The notes under the pieces are model-generated. The model was not told the origin of the DNA. It did not search any database and saw nothing but the letters and a program-made list of their open reading frames with translations. Below, one piece after another: positions 15,643 through 24,216 of a DNA stretch of 27,521 bases. Source of the stretch: Candidatus Micrarchaeota archaeon (GTDB lineage Archaea > B1Sed10-29 > JAJSAI01); NCBI GenBank assembly GCA_964625085.1, contig CAZVAJ010000011.1, positions 1-27,521 of the forward strand. Direction: 5' to 3'. Position 1 is the first letter of the stretch; each line of letters opens with the position of its first letter. The position numbers were made by a program, and so were the translations under genes.

Positions 15643-16089
15643 CCCATTCCACCGCCTTTCTTATCATTGGATACTTTTCTTTTCCCGCTCTTTCTAGGAG
15701 TGCTCTTGCTTTTCCTGGTTTCCCTTGCCTGACAAGGTTTATGCTGGCCACGAGAGCAAACCTTTTCCTGTACACCCCTCTTTTTTCGTACTCCTTGTCA
15801 ATGAACTTGGCCAGTTCCTTTTCGTGTCCTTTGACCGCTTTCCTTATTCCTTGTGTTGCAAGAACATCGCACACGGCCCAGTTGTCTGTTTCTGCAAGCC
15901 AGGAATCAACCATCTTGAAATATTTTTCAGGATTCTTGTTTTTCAGTATTTTACCGCGAGCCAGTCAAGCGTTTTCCCAGGTACTCCTAAGATTTTGTCC
16001 TTTGTTTTGACCATCCTGGCCGCGGACGCCGCGTGTGCAGGGTCACGATTTTTCTCAAGCTCATGTAAGACGTCTTCCTCTTGGGCCAA
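15596..16089 (-). pseudogene. DNA alkylation repair (AlkD-like) protein with internal deletion/frameshift near 15945
   Basis: N-part LEKNRDP...ILGVP...LAVKY*. C-part in another frame: DNWAVCD...KRFALV...MIRKAVEW. Confidence 0.72.
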
Positions 16090-16115
16090 ACCAATACTCT
16101 CATTTAAAACCTTCT

Positions 16116-16508
16116 TTATTCGAACACCTCCTGCCACCTGAAGGGCAAAAGTTCTTCTAGTGTCTTGCTCTTGTTTTCTGATACGATTACTCGGGTATTC
16201 AGGTTTTCGTGGTCTGTTTGGTACATTAGTTCCCTGCACCTGCCGCACGGGGGTAGTATCCTCCTGTCTTCTGATACCGCGACTATTTTCTTGATCCTGG
16301 TTTCACCCTTCTCAAGCATTTTTGCTATGGCGGAGTGTTCTGCGCAGAATCCTATGCCGCACGCCGCGTTCACGCTAATTCCAGTGTAAACTTTTCCACT
16401 CTTTGTTTCCAGGGCTGCCCCGACTTCACCGATTATCATTTCTTCAGAAGTGCTGCGTTTTCCAGCCACCGATCGTGCTGTTTTTACAAGTTCTTCGTCC
16501 GATACCAT
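16116..16508 (-). CDS. cdd: Cytidine deaminase (copy 1)
   Basis: VGAAL, CAEHSAI and PCGRCRE zinc motifs. ATG at 16508 gives 130 aa, like copy 2. Confidence 0.9.
   Translation of the reverse strand: MVSDEELVKTARSVAGKRSTSEEMIIGEVGAALETKSGKVYTGISVNAACGIGFCAEHSAIAKMLEKGETRIKKIVAVSEDRRILPPCGRCRELMYQTDHENLNTRVIVSENKSKTLEELLPFRWQEVFE
16123..16469. repeat. 347-bp direct repeat, identical by eye to 17237-17583
   Basis: Base-by-base comparison of the two cdd copies (offset 1114). Confidence 0.9.
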
Positions 16509-16591
16509 ATTGGTGAAATAGGCGGGAAGGGATAAAAAGTTTTGCTTGAAACGAACTAGAAGAGCAATCTTTCTGGCAATTGGCATCCTCC

Positions 16592-17233
16592 TCAGAATCC
16601 AGTGTACTCGTCTGGTCTTATCACGTCCACGACCACGAACTTTTTCCTTTTCGGGTCCCAGATGTAGTTGCTCGCGGCCTTTTCTATCTTCTGTTCAGAA
16701 AGTTCAGGGTTTTTACTGTACGCTTCTTTTATTTTTTCCCTGATCTCCTTGACCTTTTCATAAAACTTGTCAACCATTTTTTCTCCTTTTTCCAGGTCAA
16801 TGTACCTTGGAAGCACGTCCTTTCCAACCATCTCCCTGAGTTTTTCGTATTCTTTCATTGTCTCTGGATTGCCTTTGTCAGCCATTTCCCTGACTTTGTC
16901 CCACTGTTTTCTTATTTGGGTTACTGAGTATCCATCAACTTGCTTTTCTTTCCAGATTATTGCTTCTTTTCCTTTCACGGTGTGCCCTTCTTTTATTTCA
17001 ACAGGTTCAACTATCTCAAATTCTTTCTCGTTCTTTAGTTTTTTTCTGAGTTCTTTTATTTCCTCGAACCTAAGCTGCATCTCGTACTTTGTTATTGGTT
17101 CGAAAGCAAAAGGGTTCCTGTGCCTTCCTGACTCGTAGACCTTGGTCACTATTTTTTTGTCCTTGTCAGCGTACACCACGCTTGCCTCTATCCCTTTCTT
17201 GTATATTTTTAGCTTGGGTCTTTTCTTTTTCAT
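16592..17233 (-). CDS. Atypical protein-kinase-like orphan
   Basis: KGIEASV Gly-loop, VTKVY Lys, IVEP, hinge VDG and EKAASNYIWD...FVVVD at the catalytic-loop/metal-binding positions. Confidence 0.55.
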   Translation of the reverse strand: MKKKRPKLKIYKKGIEASVVYADKDKKIVTKVYESGRHRNPFAFEPITKYEMQLRFEEIKELRKKLKNEKEFEIVEPVEIKEGHTVKGKEAIIWKEKQVDGYSVTQIRKQWDKVREMADKGNPETMKEYEKLREMVGKDVLPRYIDLEKGEKMVDKFYEKVKEIREKIKEAYSKNPELSEQKIEKAASNYIWDPKRKKFVVVDVIRPDEYTGF

Positions 17234-17622
17234 TCAAACACCTCCTGCCACCTGAAGGGCAAAAGTTCTTCTAGTGTCTTGCTCTTGTTTTCTGATACGA
17301 TTACTCGGGTATTCAGGTTTTCGTGGTCTGTTTGGTACATTAGTTCCCTGCACCTGCCGCACGGGGGTAGTATCCTCCTGTCTTCTGATACCGCGACTAT
17401 TTTCTTGATCCTGGTTTCACCCTTCTCAAGCATTTTTGCTATGGCGGAGTGTTCTGCGCAGAATCCTATGCCGCACGCCGCGTTCACGCTAATTCCAGTG
17501 TAAACTTTTCCACTCTTTGTTTCCAGGGCTGCCCCGACTTCACCGATTATCATTTCTTCAGAAGTGCTGCGTTTTCCAGCCACTGTTCGCGCGGCCCTAA
17601 TAAGCTCCTTGTCAGAAAGCAT
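17230..17622 (-). CDS. cdd: Cytidine deaminase (copy 2)
   Basis: Same zinc motifs as copy 1. Confidence 0.92.
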   Translation of the reverse strand: MLSDKELIRAARTVAGKRSTSEEMIIGEVGAALETKSGKVYTGISVNAACGIGFCAEHSAIAKMLEKGETRIKKIVAVSEDRRILPPCGRCRELMYQTDHENLNTRVIVSENKSKTLEELLPFRWQEVFE

Positions 17623-17807
17623 TATTTATGTAATGACATGCTTGTAAAAAAGACTTTGCATGATGGTTTTCAGGGAAGAAGCAGCACAAATGCTTGAAAA
17701 TGCTCGTGAATACGAGGAAAAGTTGATTCAGGATCTTGAAAACGTGTTCGGCCAACTCATAAGCAGTGATCCAACCGTGTTTTTTAGGTTTTTTCCTTAC
17801 AGAAACC

Positions 17808-17840
17808 TTTATATATTTTTACTTTTTAGTAAAAAGTAAA
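17808..17840 (+). promoter_or_regulatory. TATA box plus palindromic operator of the HTH regulator (leaderless)
   Basis: TTTATATA at 17808-17815. Perfect inverted repeat TTTACTTTTT-AGT-AAAAAGTAAA at 17818-17840, ending on the A of the ATG. Confidence 0.7.
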
Positions 17841-18313
17841 TGGAAAAGGAAAATGTCAGCAAAGATGTGGGAATGCTTCTGCGTTCATTCGGCAAGATAT
17901 TCAAACAGTGGGGGTTAGAGGAGCCGTCTGGAAAGGTTTTGGGATTCTTGCTGTTCAAGTCAGCACCTGTGACACAGAGGGAAATAGAGGAAGGCACGAG
18001 TTACAGTAGGGGTCTTGTGAGCAGGAGCTTGAAAAAATTAAGAAAACTTGGCCTGGTTCTTGTGACCAAAAAAGGAAAAGAGTTTTACTATTCCACGAAC
18101 GTCTCAATGACAGACTTGTTTGACAAGCTTACAAAAAGATTTCTCGAAACCGAAATAAAGCCGATATTGACTGGTCTGTCGGAAAGCTTGAATTGCATAA
18201 GGGATACTACTGTTAAGAGAAATGTTCGTAAGATGATAAGCGAATACAGGAGGTTGAGCAAGGGAATTTTGGCGCTTCCAAAATTAATGGAAGAAGTTAC
18301 TGAACATAAGTAA
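17840..18313 (+). CDS. GbsR/MarR-family HTH transcriptional regulator
   Basis: WGL...GKVLGFLL...PVTQREIEEGTSYSRGLVSRSLKKL...GLV. Confidence 0.85.
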   Translation: MEKENVSKDVGMLLRSFGKIFKQWGLEEPSGKVLGFLLFKSAPVTQREIEEGTSYSRGLVSRSLKKLRKLGLVLVTKKGKEFYYSTNVSMTDLFDKLTKRFLETEIKPILTGLSESLNCIRDTTVKRNVRKMISEYRRLSKGILALPKLMEEVTEHK

Positions 18314-18327
18314 AATGAGGTGATACA

Positions 18328-18450
18328 ATGGATGGACTTGAGGCAATCTCAATGACAAACCCGTACGTGATTGGAGGAATAGCCATTGTAGTTGTGGCCG
18401 TTGCTGCAGTTCTATGGTGGCTTCAAAAAGAAGGAAAACTGAACTTTTGA
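18328..18450 (+). CDS. Small single-TM membrane protein (40 aa; not in ORF track)
   Basis: Strong SD GAGGTGA. MDGLEAISMTNPYVIGGIAIVVVAVAAVLWWLQKEGKLNF*, followed by T-rich tracts. Confidence 0.7.
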   Translation: MDGLEAISMTNPYVIGGIAIVVVAVAAVLWWLQKEGKLNF

Positions 18451-18562
18451 GGAAGAGCTTTTTCTTTCTAAAAAACCCCTGTTCAATTTTTTTCTGTTTG
18501 GCCGAGAAAGACCGCTGATAAAAAGAGTAGGATATAAAAAAGAGAAGGGTGTTTATACTAGT

Positions 18563-19618
18563 ATGATTCCGGGGTTTTTGTTGATTGATGTATACGGATT
18601 CAGGTTGTACGAGTTGCTTATAGCAGTAGCAGTGTTCTTCATAACACTAACAATCTCTAAAGTTTTTGTCACACTCCTGAAAAGAGAGATCCACAAAATG
18701 TCAAAGAAAACAAAAACAGAGATTGATGACGTGATCGCGAAGATGATTTCAATCTTCGGCTGGCCTTTTTATATACTCATAGCATTTTACGCGACCCTGC
18801 ACGCTGTGAGCGTGCCAGAATACGTCCGAACATGGTTCGGTTACCTGACCGTGATAGTCACGGCATACTATGCTACTAGGGCTGTTAACACAGCCTTAGA
18901 TGAGGTTGTAACTCTCATCGTGAAAAATAAGAAAAGAAGAGGGGAAAAGGTTGATAGGACCATTCTGGATTTTTTCGCTAAGATACTGAAAGGCATAGTA
19001 ATTGCGATAGCAATCCTGTTCGCGTTGTCAGGGCTTGGTTATAACGTCACAGGAATAGCAGCAGGTCTTGGCATTGGAGGTATAGCAGTAGCATTCGCAG
19101 TACAAAACATCCTTTCAGACCTGTTCAGTGCACTGTCAATATACCTTGACAGGCCTTTCGAACTAGGCGATTTCATAACATTCGGAGATGTCAGCGGCAC
19201 CGTGAAAAAAATAGGCATAATGACAACCAGGCTCACAAGCCTGCAAGGGGAAGAAGTAGTCGTGTCCAACAATGATCTTTTAGCTACCAGAGTACACAAC
19301 TACGGCAGGCTAAAAGAAAGACGAGTTGTATTTAAAATAGGAATAGAGTATGGCACTCCTTTGGTTAAGGTTAAAAAGGTCAAGAGAATAGTGCAGGATG
19401 TTTTCAAGAAACTGGATGGCGTAAGGCTAGATAGGGTTCACTTCACAGAACTAGGGGACTACAGCCTGAACTTTGAAATCGTTTACTATGTTCTCTCCCC
19501 CGACTATGTTGATTACCTAAACGTCCAGGAAAAGATAAACATGGAGCTGATGAAAAGACTCGAGAAAGAAAAGATAAACCTTGCGTATCCGACTCAGACA
19601 GTGTTTGTGAAAAAGTGA
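18563..19618 (+). CDS. mscS: Small-conductance mechanosensitive channel
   Basis: GLGIGGIAVAFAVQNILSDLFS, DRPFELGDFI, GTVKKIG and AYPTQT. Confidence 0.95.
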   Translation: MIPGFLLIDVYGFRLYELLIAVAVFFITLTISKVFVTLLKREIHKMSKKTKTEIDDVIAKMISIFGWPFYILIAFYATLHAVSVPEYVRTWFGYLTVIVTAYYATRAVNTALDEVVTLIVKNKKRRGEKVDRTILDFFAKILKGIVIAIAILFALSGLGYNVTGIAAGLGIGGIAVAFAVQNILSDLFSALSIYLDRPFELGDFITFGDVSGTVKKIGIMTTRLTSLQGEEVVVSNNDLLATRVHNYGRLKERRVVFKIGIEYGTPLVKVKKVKRIVQDVFKKLDGVRLDRVHFTELGDYSLNFEIVYYVLSPDYVDYLNVQEKINMELMKRLEKEKINLAYPTQTVFVKK

Positions 19619-19625
19619 GCATAAA

Positions 19626-20033
19626 ATGATTGATGACCCTACTGACCTGCCATGGATGAAAGAAAAACGCACTCTAGGACAGTACGCTGCAGACAAGATG
19701 ACTGAATGGGTTGGAAGCTGGGCATTCATAATACTCTTACTGGTTTTCATGGGAATCTGGATCGCGGTGAACTTGTACGCGTGGTTCATGGTTTGGGATC
19801 CTTACCCGTTCATTTTACTCAACTTTGTGCTGAGCACGCTTGCAGCGATCCAAGCCCCTATAATTCTGATGAGCCAGAACCGGGAAGCAGAGCGTGACAG
19901 GCTCACGGCAAGATACGATTATGAAGTAGACCGAAGAGCAGAAGCAGAGGTTGCTGACATGCAGAGAGACCTTGACGAGATAAAACATATGCTAAAAGAA
20001 ATCAAGAAAGAATTAAGGAGGAAGAAATCATGA
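19626..20033 (+). CDS. DUF1003 membrane protein
   Basis: GSWAFII...DPYPFILLN..LS.LAAIQAPIILMSQNR. Confidence 0.93.
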   Translation: MIDDPTDLPWMKEKRTLGQYAADKMTEWVGSWAFIILLLVFMGIWIAVNLYAWFMVWDPYPFILLNFVLSTLAAIQAPIILMSQNREAERDRLTARYDYEVDRRAEAEVADMQRDLDEIKHMLKEIKKELRRKKS

Positions 20034-20425
20034 AAACTCGTAAGAATGTTAAGAAGCCTGTTAAGCGAGGGAAAGGCGACCAGGCTTTTAAAGAGCACAT
20101 GAACTTGTTAAGAATGCTTGATTCTGTTGAAGGAATGAGCAAGGTTCATAAGGCAGAACTGCATCCTCTGATAAAAAAAGAGGAGCAACTACGAGAGTCT
20201 ATTAGAGCGTCTTCAGAGTACCCGTTCCTGGCGGACAGGGTTGAAGCATCAGCAAATGTTTTGTACAAAGACCTGTACAGGCAGGCTTTAAAAGTAGCAA
20301 AGTGGGATGAGAAAAAGGCAGAGGAGATTGCGAAAAAATACCTGATAAACATTGTAAAAAGCGAGTATAAAGGAAAGAAACCTCCCAAAAATCTTCTTGA
20401 AAAAATAAAGGCTTTAAAGGTTTAA
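20030..20425 (+). CDS. Hypothetical protein with basic N-terminus
   Basis: ATGA overlap with DUF1003 and GGAGG SD. Confidence 0.7.
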   Translation: MKTRKNVKKPVKRGKGDQAFKEHMNLLRMLDSVEGMSKVHKAELHPLIKKEEQLRESIRASSEYPFLADRVEASANVLYKDLYRQALKVAKWDEKKAEEIAKKYLINIVKSEYKGKKPPKNLLEKIKALKV

Positions 20426-20429
20426 GCGT

Positions 20430-20966
20430 TCACTCGAACAGTCTCATTCTATGCCAGTGGGAGTATATGCCTAAGGAAAGCACTCCAACAGTAAGCACCA
20501 ACAGGAATATGGGCAGAGCAAAAGCCTGCACGCTTGAAATGCCAGTTGCTCTTGAAACATCCTGGTCTTCTGTACGAGGGTTTACAAAGAGCTCCCACTT
20601 TGGAATACTGCTTTCTTGTTCTGTAACAGGAGTTATTCTATTCTCTGCAGGAGCCTGTTCTGGTCCTGGGAAAAAAACAAAAACGGACAACGCGAAAAAG
20701 ACAAGGATGGTCAGGACAACAACTGCCCTCACGAAATCAGATTCTTCCTTTACCTTCTTTTTTCTTTTAGTGTACCTCTTTGGCTTGAACTCAAGCTTCT
20801 CATACTGCCTTTTTGTCACTTCAAGAGGTATTCCAGTATAACCGCAGTTGTTGCAGTAGTACTTGTCAGGCAAACCGAATCCAGTAATCCCAGCGCCAGT
20901 TAGGCTTATTGGGTCTATGTTCTTGCTTCCGCAGTTAGGACAAACAATAAACTTTTTCGCTTTCAT
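20430..20966 (-). CDS. Zinc-ribbon membrane protein
   Basis: CPNC...CNNC at the N-terminus and two hydrophobic TM segments. Confidence 0.78.
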   Translation of the reverse strand: MKAKKFIVCPNCGSKNIDPISLTGAGITGFGLPDKYYCNNCGYTGIPLEVTKRQYEKLEFKPKRYTKRKKKVKEESDFVRAVVVLTILVFFALSVFVFFPGPEQAPAENRITPVTEQESSIPKWELFVNPRTEDQDVSRATGISSVQAFALPIFLLVLTVGVLSLGIYSHWHRMRLFE

Positions 20967-21319
20967 TCTAACACCCTCAGAACAGTTTTATGCGTTCTTT
21001 TAGAACTTATCTTGTCATACCGGTCCGGATGAGTCAGAGCATTGACGAGAATCTCGTAGTCTCCTTCTTTCACATTAAACTTCGGGAACACCTTAAAGTT
21101 CACTGTTTTTTCTTCTCCTGGTTTGATGTAGTCCAGGCGCTGTCTTTTTTCCCTGGCAATGCATGACCTGTCAAGCCCTAGGCCGGGAGGTGTGGTCACA
21201 ATAACACTGGTCATTACTTCTCCGTCTCCAGTGTTCCGGAGCATGACCTCAAGGTTAACCGGCTCTTTTTGGCCTATGATCATCCTTATTGGGGTGAGCC
21301 TGGTTTTTACTAGAATCAT
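20963..21319 (-). CDS. Small Ig-like/beta-sandwich protein
   Basis: LRNTGD...IKPGEEKTVNF...GDYEI pattern (CARDB/NEW3-like). GGTGG SD. Confidence 0.7.
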   Translation of the reverse strand: MILVKTRLTPIRMIIGQKEPVNLEVMLRNTGDGEVMTSVIVTTPPGLGLDRSCIAREKRQRLDYIKPGEEKTVNFKVFPKFNVKEGDYEILVNALTHPDRYDKISSKRTHKTVLRVLE

Positions 21320-21362
21320 CCTACCACCTGCTTTTTTTAATCTCCGCGTGCTTAAAAAAGGT

Positions 21363-21809
21363 ATGTCTTTTCCAGAAGCAAACCTTGTTAAAAAAACAGT
21401 AACATTTAGGGTAATGCAGGTTCCAGACGATCCTGTGATGCCAAAAGAAGCACTGCTCCGTTGGATTTGTCTTTCTTTGGGTCTGATAAGCGAGAATGAG
21501 TCAAGGGATACGGTTATCAGGGTATTTGATGTTATCCTGTCCGCTCAAACAAAAGGAAAGGCCCTGACCGCAGAAGAAGTGGCTGAAAAGATGCCGGAAG
21601 TTAGTGAGAAAACAGTCAGGTACCACCTTAAGAGAATGGAAGACATGGGGGTGCTGGAAAAAAACGGCAAGAAGTACTCCCTTCGTAGGAATCCCAACCT
21701 TCCTTCAATCGAATTATTCACGGAAAACTTTTTTTCCAGTGCAGCAGAAGAGGCCAGCAAGCCTGCTAAAATTGTGTGGCAGAAGCTTTTAAGGAAATAC
21801 CTAGACTAA
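21363..21809 (+). CDS. Winged-helix transcriptional regulator (ArsR-like)
   Basis: LRWICLSLGL...LTAEEVAEK...SEKTVRYHLKRMEDMGVL. ATG at 21363 avoids overlap with the divergent gene. Confidence 0.8.
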   Translation: MSFPEANLVKKTVTFRVMQVPDDPVMPKEALLRWICLSLGLISENESRDTVIRVFDVILSAQTKGKALTAEEVAEKMPEVSEKTVRYHLKRMEDMGVLEKNGKKYSLRRNPNLPSIELFTENFFSSAAEEASKPAKIVWQKLLRKYLD

Positions 21810-21906
21810 ACGCTTCTTTTTCATGTTCTCGTAGGCGGTGCTAACAATTCCTTTTTGTTTTCCAGCCCCTGCCAGCGTTTTTCTCACAGGCTCTTTTTTT
21901 CTTTAT

Positions 21907-22458
21907 TTAAATCTTGTTTTTTGTTAATGTTTCCCTAAGGTCATTTAACACCTTTCGTGCAACATCCTGTTTATGCTTTAGCCCTGGCACGATAGAAGAA
22001 GGGTATGCTAAAGAAGCGTACTCAGCGTAGAGGTCTTCCAGTTTATTGTACAGTTTCTCCGCGTCTTCTTTTTTCCCTTCTGCAAGCAGTTCAAGCACGT
22101 ACCGTTTAAGCTCTCCTATCGCATCCCCAAGTCCGGTAAGATAGTACTTCAAAGGTACTTTCAAGGAAGGAAGCTTCCTTCCTCTTACCAGCGAAAGATA
22201 GATCATTAGCTCAGCATATTCTTGATAAGCGGCCCCAAGTACACTGTCTTTTATGTCAGGATAATTTTTCAGAATGAGTTCAATCTTCCTTATTTTTTTG
22301 TCTATTTTATTTGCTTCTTGCTCTGCCTTTTTGAACTCTTTTTTCTGGACAAGTCTAATTGCTTTTGCGCACATTGGCACGATTTCCCTGTTGGCTTTCA
22401 GGGCTTTTTCTCTTACTGCAAACTTTTTGTCAAGCTCTTTTTTTATCCTGTTTATCAT
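21907..22458 (-). CDS. Translin-family protein
   Basis: REKALKANREI, QEYAE, YLTGLGDAIGELKR and LKHKQDVAR. Confidence 0.9.
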   Translation of the reverse strand: MINRIKKELDKKFAVREKALKANREIVPMCAKAIRLVQKKEFKKAEQEANKIDKKIRKIELILKNYPDIKDSVLGAAYQEYAELMIYLSLVRGRKLPSLKVPLKYYLTGLGDAIGELKRYVLELLAEGKKEDAEKLYNKLEDLYAEYASLAYPSSIVPGLKHKQDVARKVLNDLRETLTKNKI

Positions 22459-22459
22459 G

Positions 22460-23569
22460 TTACTTCACCACAAGTTCTAAAGGTTCTGTAAAGGAATCCA
22501 TAACTTCTGCCACATCTTGTTTAGTGAGGAGCATGAGGCTTTCTATCCTTTCTTCAGGAGTGCGATTGTAGAGGAGCATTTCTTGACCGTACCTTTTGGT
22601 CAGATGCATCGTGTTTTCAAGCGTGTCCAGCCAGTGATAGTACACTATCTTCTTGGCCTTTTTCACATCGGTTTCCGTGATCCGCGTGTTTTCAACGATC
22701 TTCCGTGCTATGCTTGCTGCCTTTTCTCCTTTTCCTTTTTTGATTCCCCCGTTTACCTGGAGTACGGAATAGTTAGGGTTAATGCCCACCCTTGCAGACA
22801 CTGCGTACGCCCAGCCTCTTTTTGAGCGTATTTCGTTTAACAGCTTGTTCTTCATTGACAGGATCCTGCTGAATAGGGACAGGGGGTCTGCTTCTTGTCC
22901 TTTTAGTGGTGACAGCCAGAGAAGAACAACGCGTTCCTGGTTATACCTTTTTTCAAGGATTATCCTGCCTGTTTTTGGCTTTATCCGCACTCTCTTGAGC
23001 GGGATTTTCCTCCCTTCTGCAGGTTCTGGCACTTCAGGGGGAGTTACCCTTCCTCCTGTTACAAGCACGCAGTTTCCTTTCGTATAGTACTTAGAGTAGT
23101 GTTTTTCAATATCTGTCTTGGATATTTTTCGCACAGCGTCTTCTGTGCCTGCGGCTCTTACGCCATGCCGTTTTCCGAGAAGGAGTTCCATCGCTTTTTG
23201 GATTGCGTATGCGTTAGGATTGTTTTTCGTTCTTCTTATTTCTTCTATGATGGTTCCTTTTTCTTTTTCATAGTCATCAAAAACAGGTTTTTCTATCATC
23301 CTCTTAAACTCTACCCATGCTTTTTTTTCTGAGGGATGTGTGTAGATCCAGTATCTTGTTCTCCAGTTAGACGTGCTTCCGTTAAAGTATATTGCCCCAT
23401 ACTCTCTCATCCTTTTCATGGTGCCGTTTTTATCATCTCTTCTGAACATCATGTGTTCCAGAAAATGGCTTAGCCCTTCCTTACCTTTTGGGTCATTTTC
23501 TTTGCCCACTCTAAAGAGGATACACTCGGCCAAAAGTTCAGAGTGAGTTATCAGATGATACCTTTGCAT
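22460..23569 (-). CDS. M16-family zinc peptidase
   Basis: GLSHFLEHMMF (HxxEH), NGST, EKGTIIEE and EIRSKRGWAY. Confidence 0.9.
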   Translation of the reverse strand: MQRYHLITHSELLAECILFRVGKENDPKGKEGLSHFLEHMMFRRDDKNGTMKRMREYGAIYFNGSTSNWRTRYWIYTHPSEKKAWVEFKRMIEKPVFDDYEKEKGTIIEEIRRTKNNPNAYAIQKAMELLLGKRHGVRAAGTEDAVRKISKTDIEKHYSKYYTKGNCVLVTGGRVTPPEVPEPAEGRKIPLKRVRIKPKTGRIILEKRYNQERVVLLWLSPLKGQEADPLSLFSRILSMKNKLLNEIRSKRGWAYAVSARVGINPNYSVLQVNGGIKKGKGEKAASIARKIVENTRITETDVKKAKKIVYYHWLDTLENTMHLTKRYGQEMLLYNRTPEERIESLMLLTKQDVAEVMDSFTEPLELVVK

Positions 23570-23647
23570 AATGAGTACTAGCATGCGAAAGTATAAAATT
23601 GTGTGGCCGGATCAGACAAGATCAAAATAAGGGGGGTTTTTTGGTTT

Positions 23648-24145
23648 TTACTTCCTCTTCCTAGCGCGAGTTGTTGTCTTTTTCTTTGCAGTTGTTTTTC
23701 TCTTAGTTGTTGTTTTCTTCTTGGTGGTGGCTGTTTTCTTTCTGGTTGTTGTTTTCTTCCTAGCTGTTGCGGCCTTCTTCTTGATTGTTTTCCTGGTGGT
23801 TGTTCTAGTTGTTGCTGGCGTTTTCACGGGCATTAGTTCAAGCTTTTCTATTTCTCTTTGCACTTCTTCTAGTTTGCGCATTATCCTTTTTCTTGCAGTC
23901 CTCCTAGGCACGTATTCCAGCGTCAGGAAGGAGAATACTGCTACTCCCAAGTTGAGGACAGTGAAGATAACGTCCCCAAGCCAGTAAGAGTACATTGTCA
24001 GCAGGACAGCTCCAAAGAACATGAGCAGTTCAAACTCTGCAGGAATCCTCCGTCCTTTAAGCGATTCCCTGAACACCGGAACCCATGAGAGGAAGATCAA
24101 AAAAGCACCTAATGCTCCAACAAAGTATGCTCCTGTTTCCATCAT
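23648..24145 (-). CDS. 3-TM (PQ-loop/SemiSWEET-like) membrane protein with histone-H1-like K/T tail
   Basis: Three hydrophobic helices, a coiled coil and then repeated KKTTTRKK units. Confidence 0.7.
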   Translation of the reverse strand: MMETGAYFVGALGAFLIFLSWVPVFRESLKGRRIPAEFELLMFFGAVLLTMYSYWLGDVIFTVLNLGVAVFSFLTLEYVPRRTARKRIMRKLEEVQREIEKLELMPVKTPATTRTTTRKTIKKKAATARKKTTTRKKTATTKKKTTTKRKTTAKKKTTTRARKRK

Positions 24146-24216
24146 GGGATTTTGAAGGAATGACTTGTTTTTAAAGGTTATGGAAAAGAATAGTGTACTG
24201 AATAAAAAAGAGGGGC

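Noticed and set aside
9431..17622. Archaeal integron
   Set aside because: The recombinase lacks the IntI-specific insertion, no attC-like sites were seen, and the genes are in mixed orientation.
17659..17839. 59-aa ORF (MMVFREEAAQMLENAREYEEK...), possible HEPN-like remnant
   Set aside because: It runs through the next gene's promoter and has no diagnostic motif.
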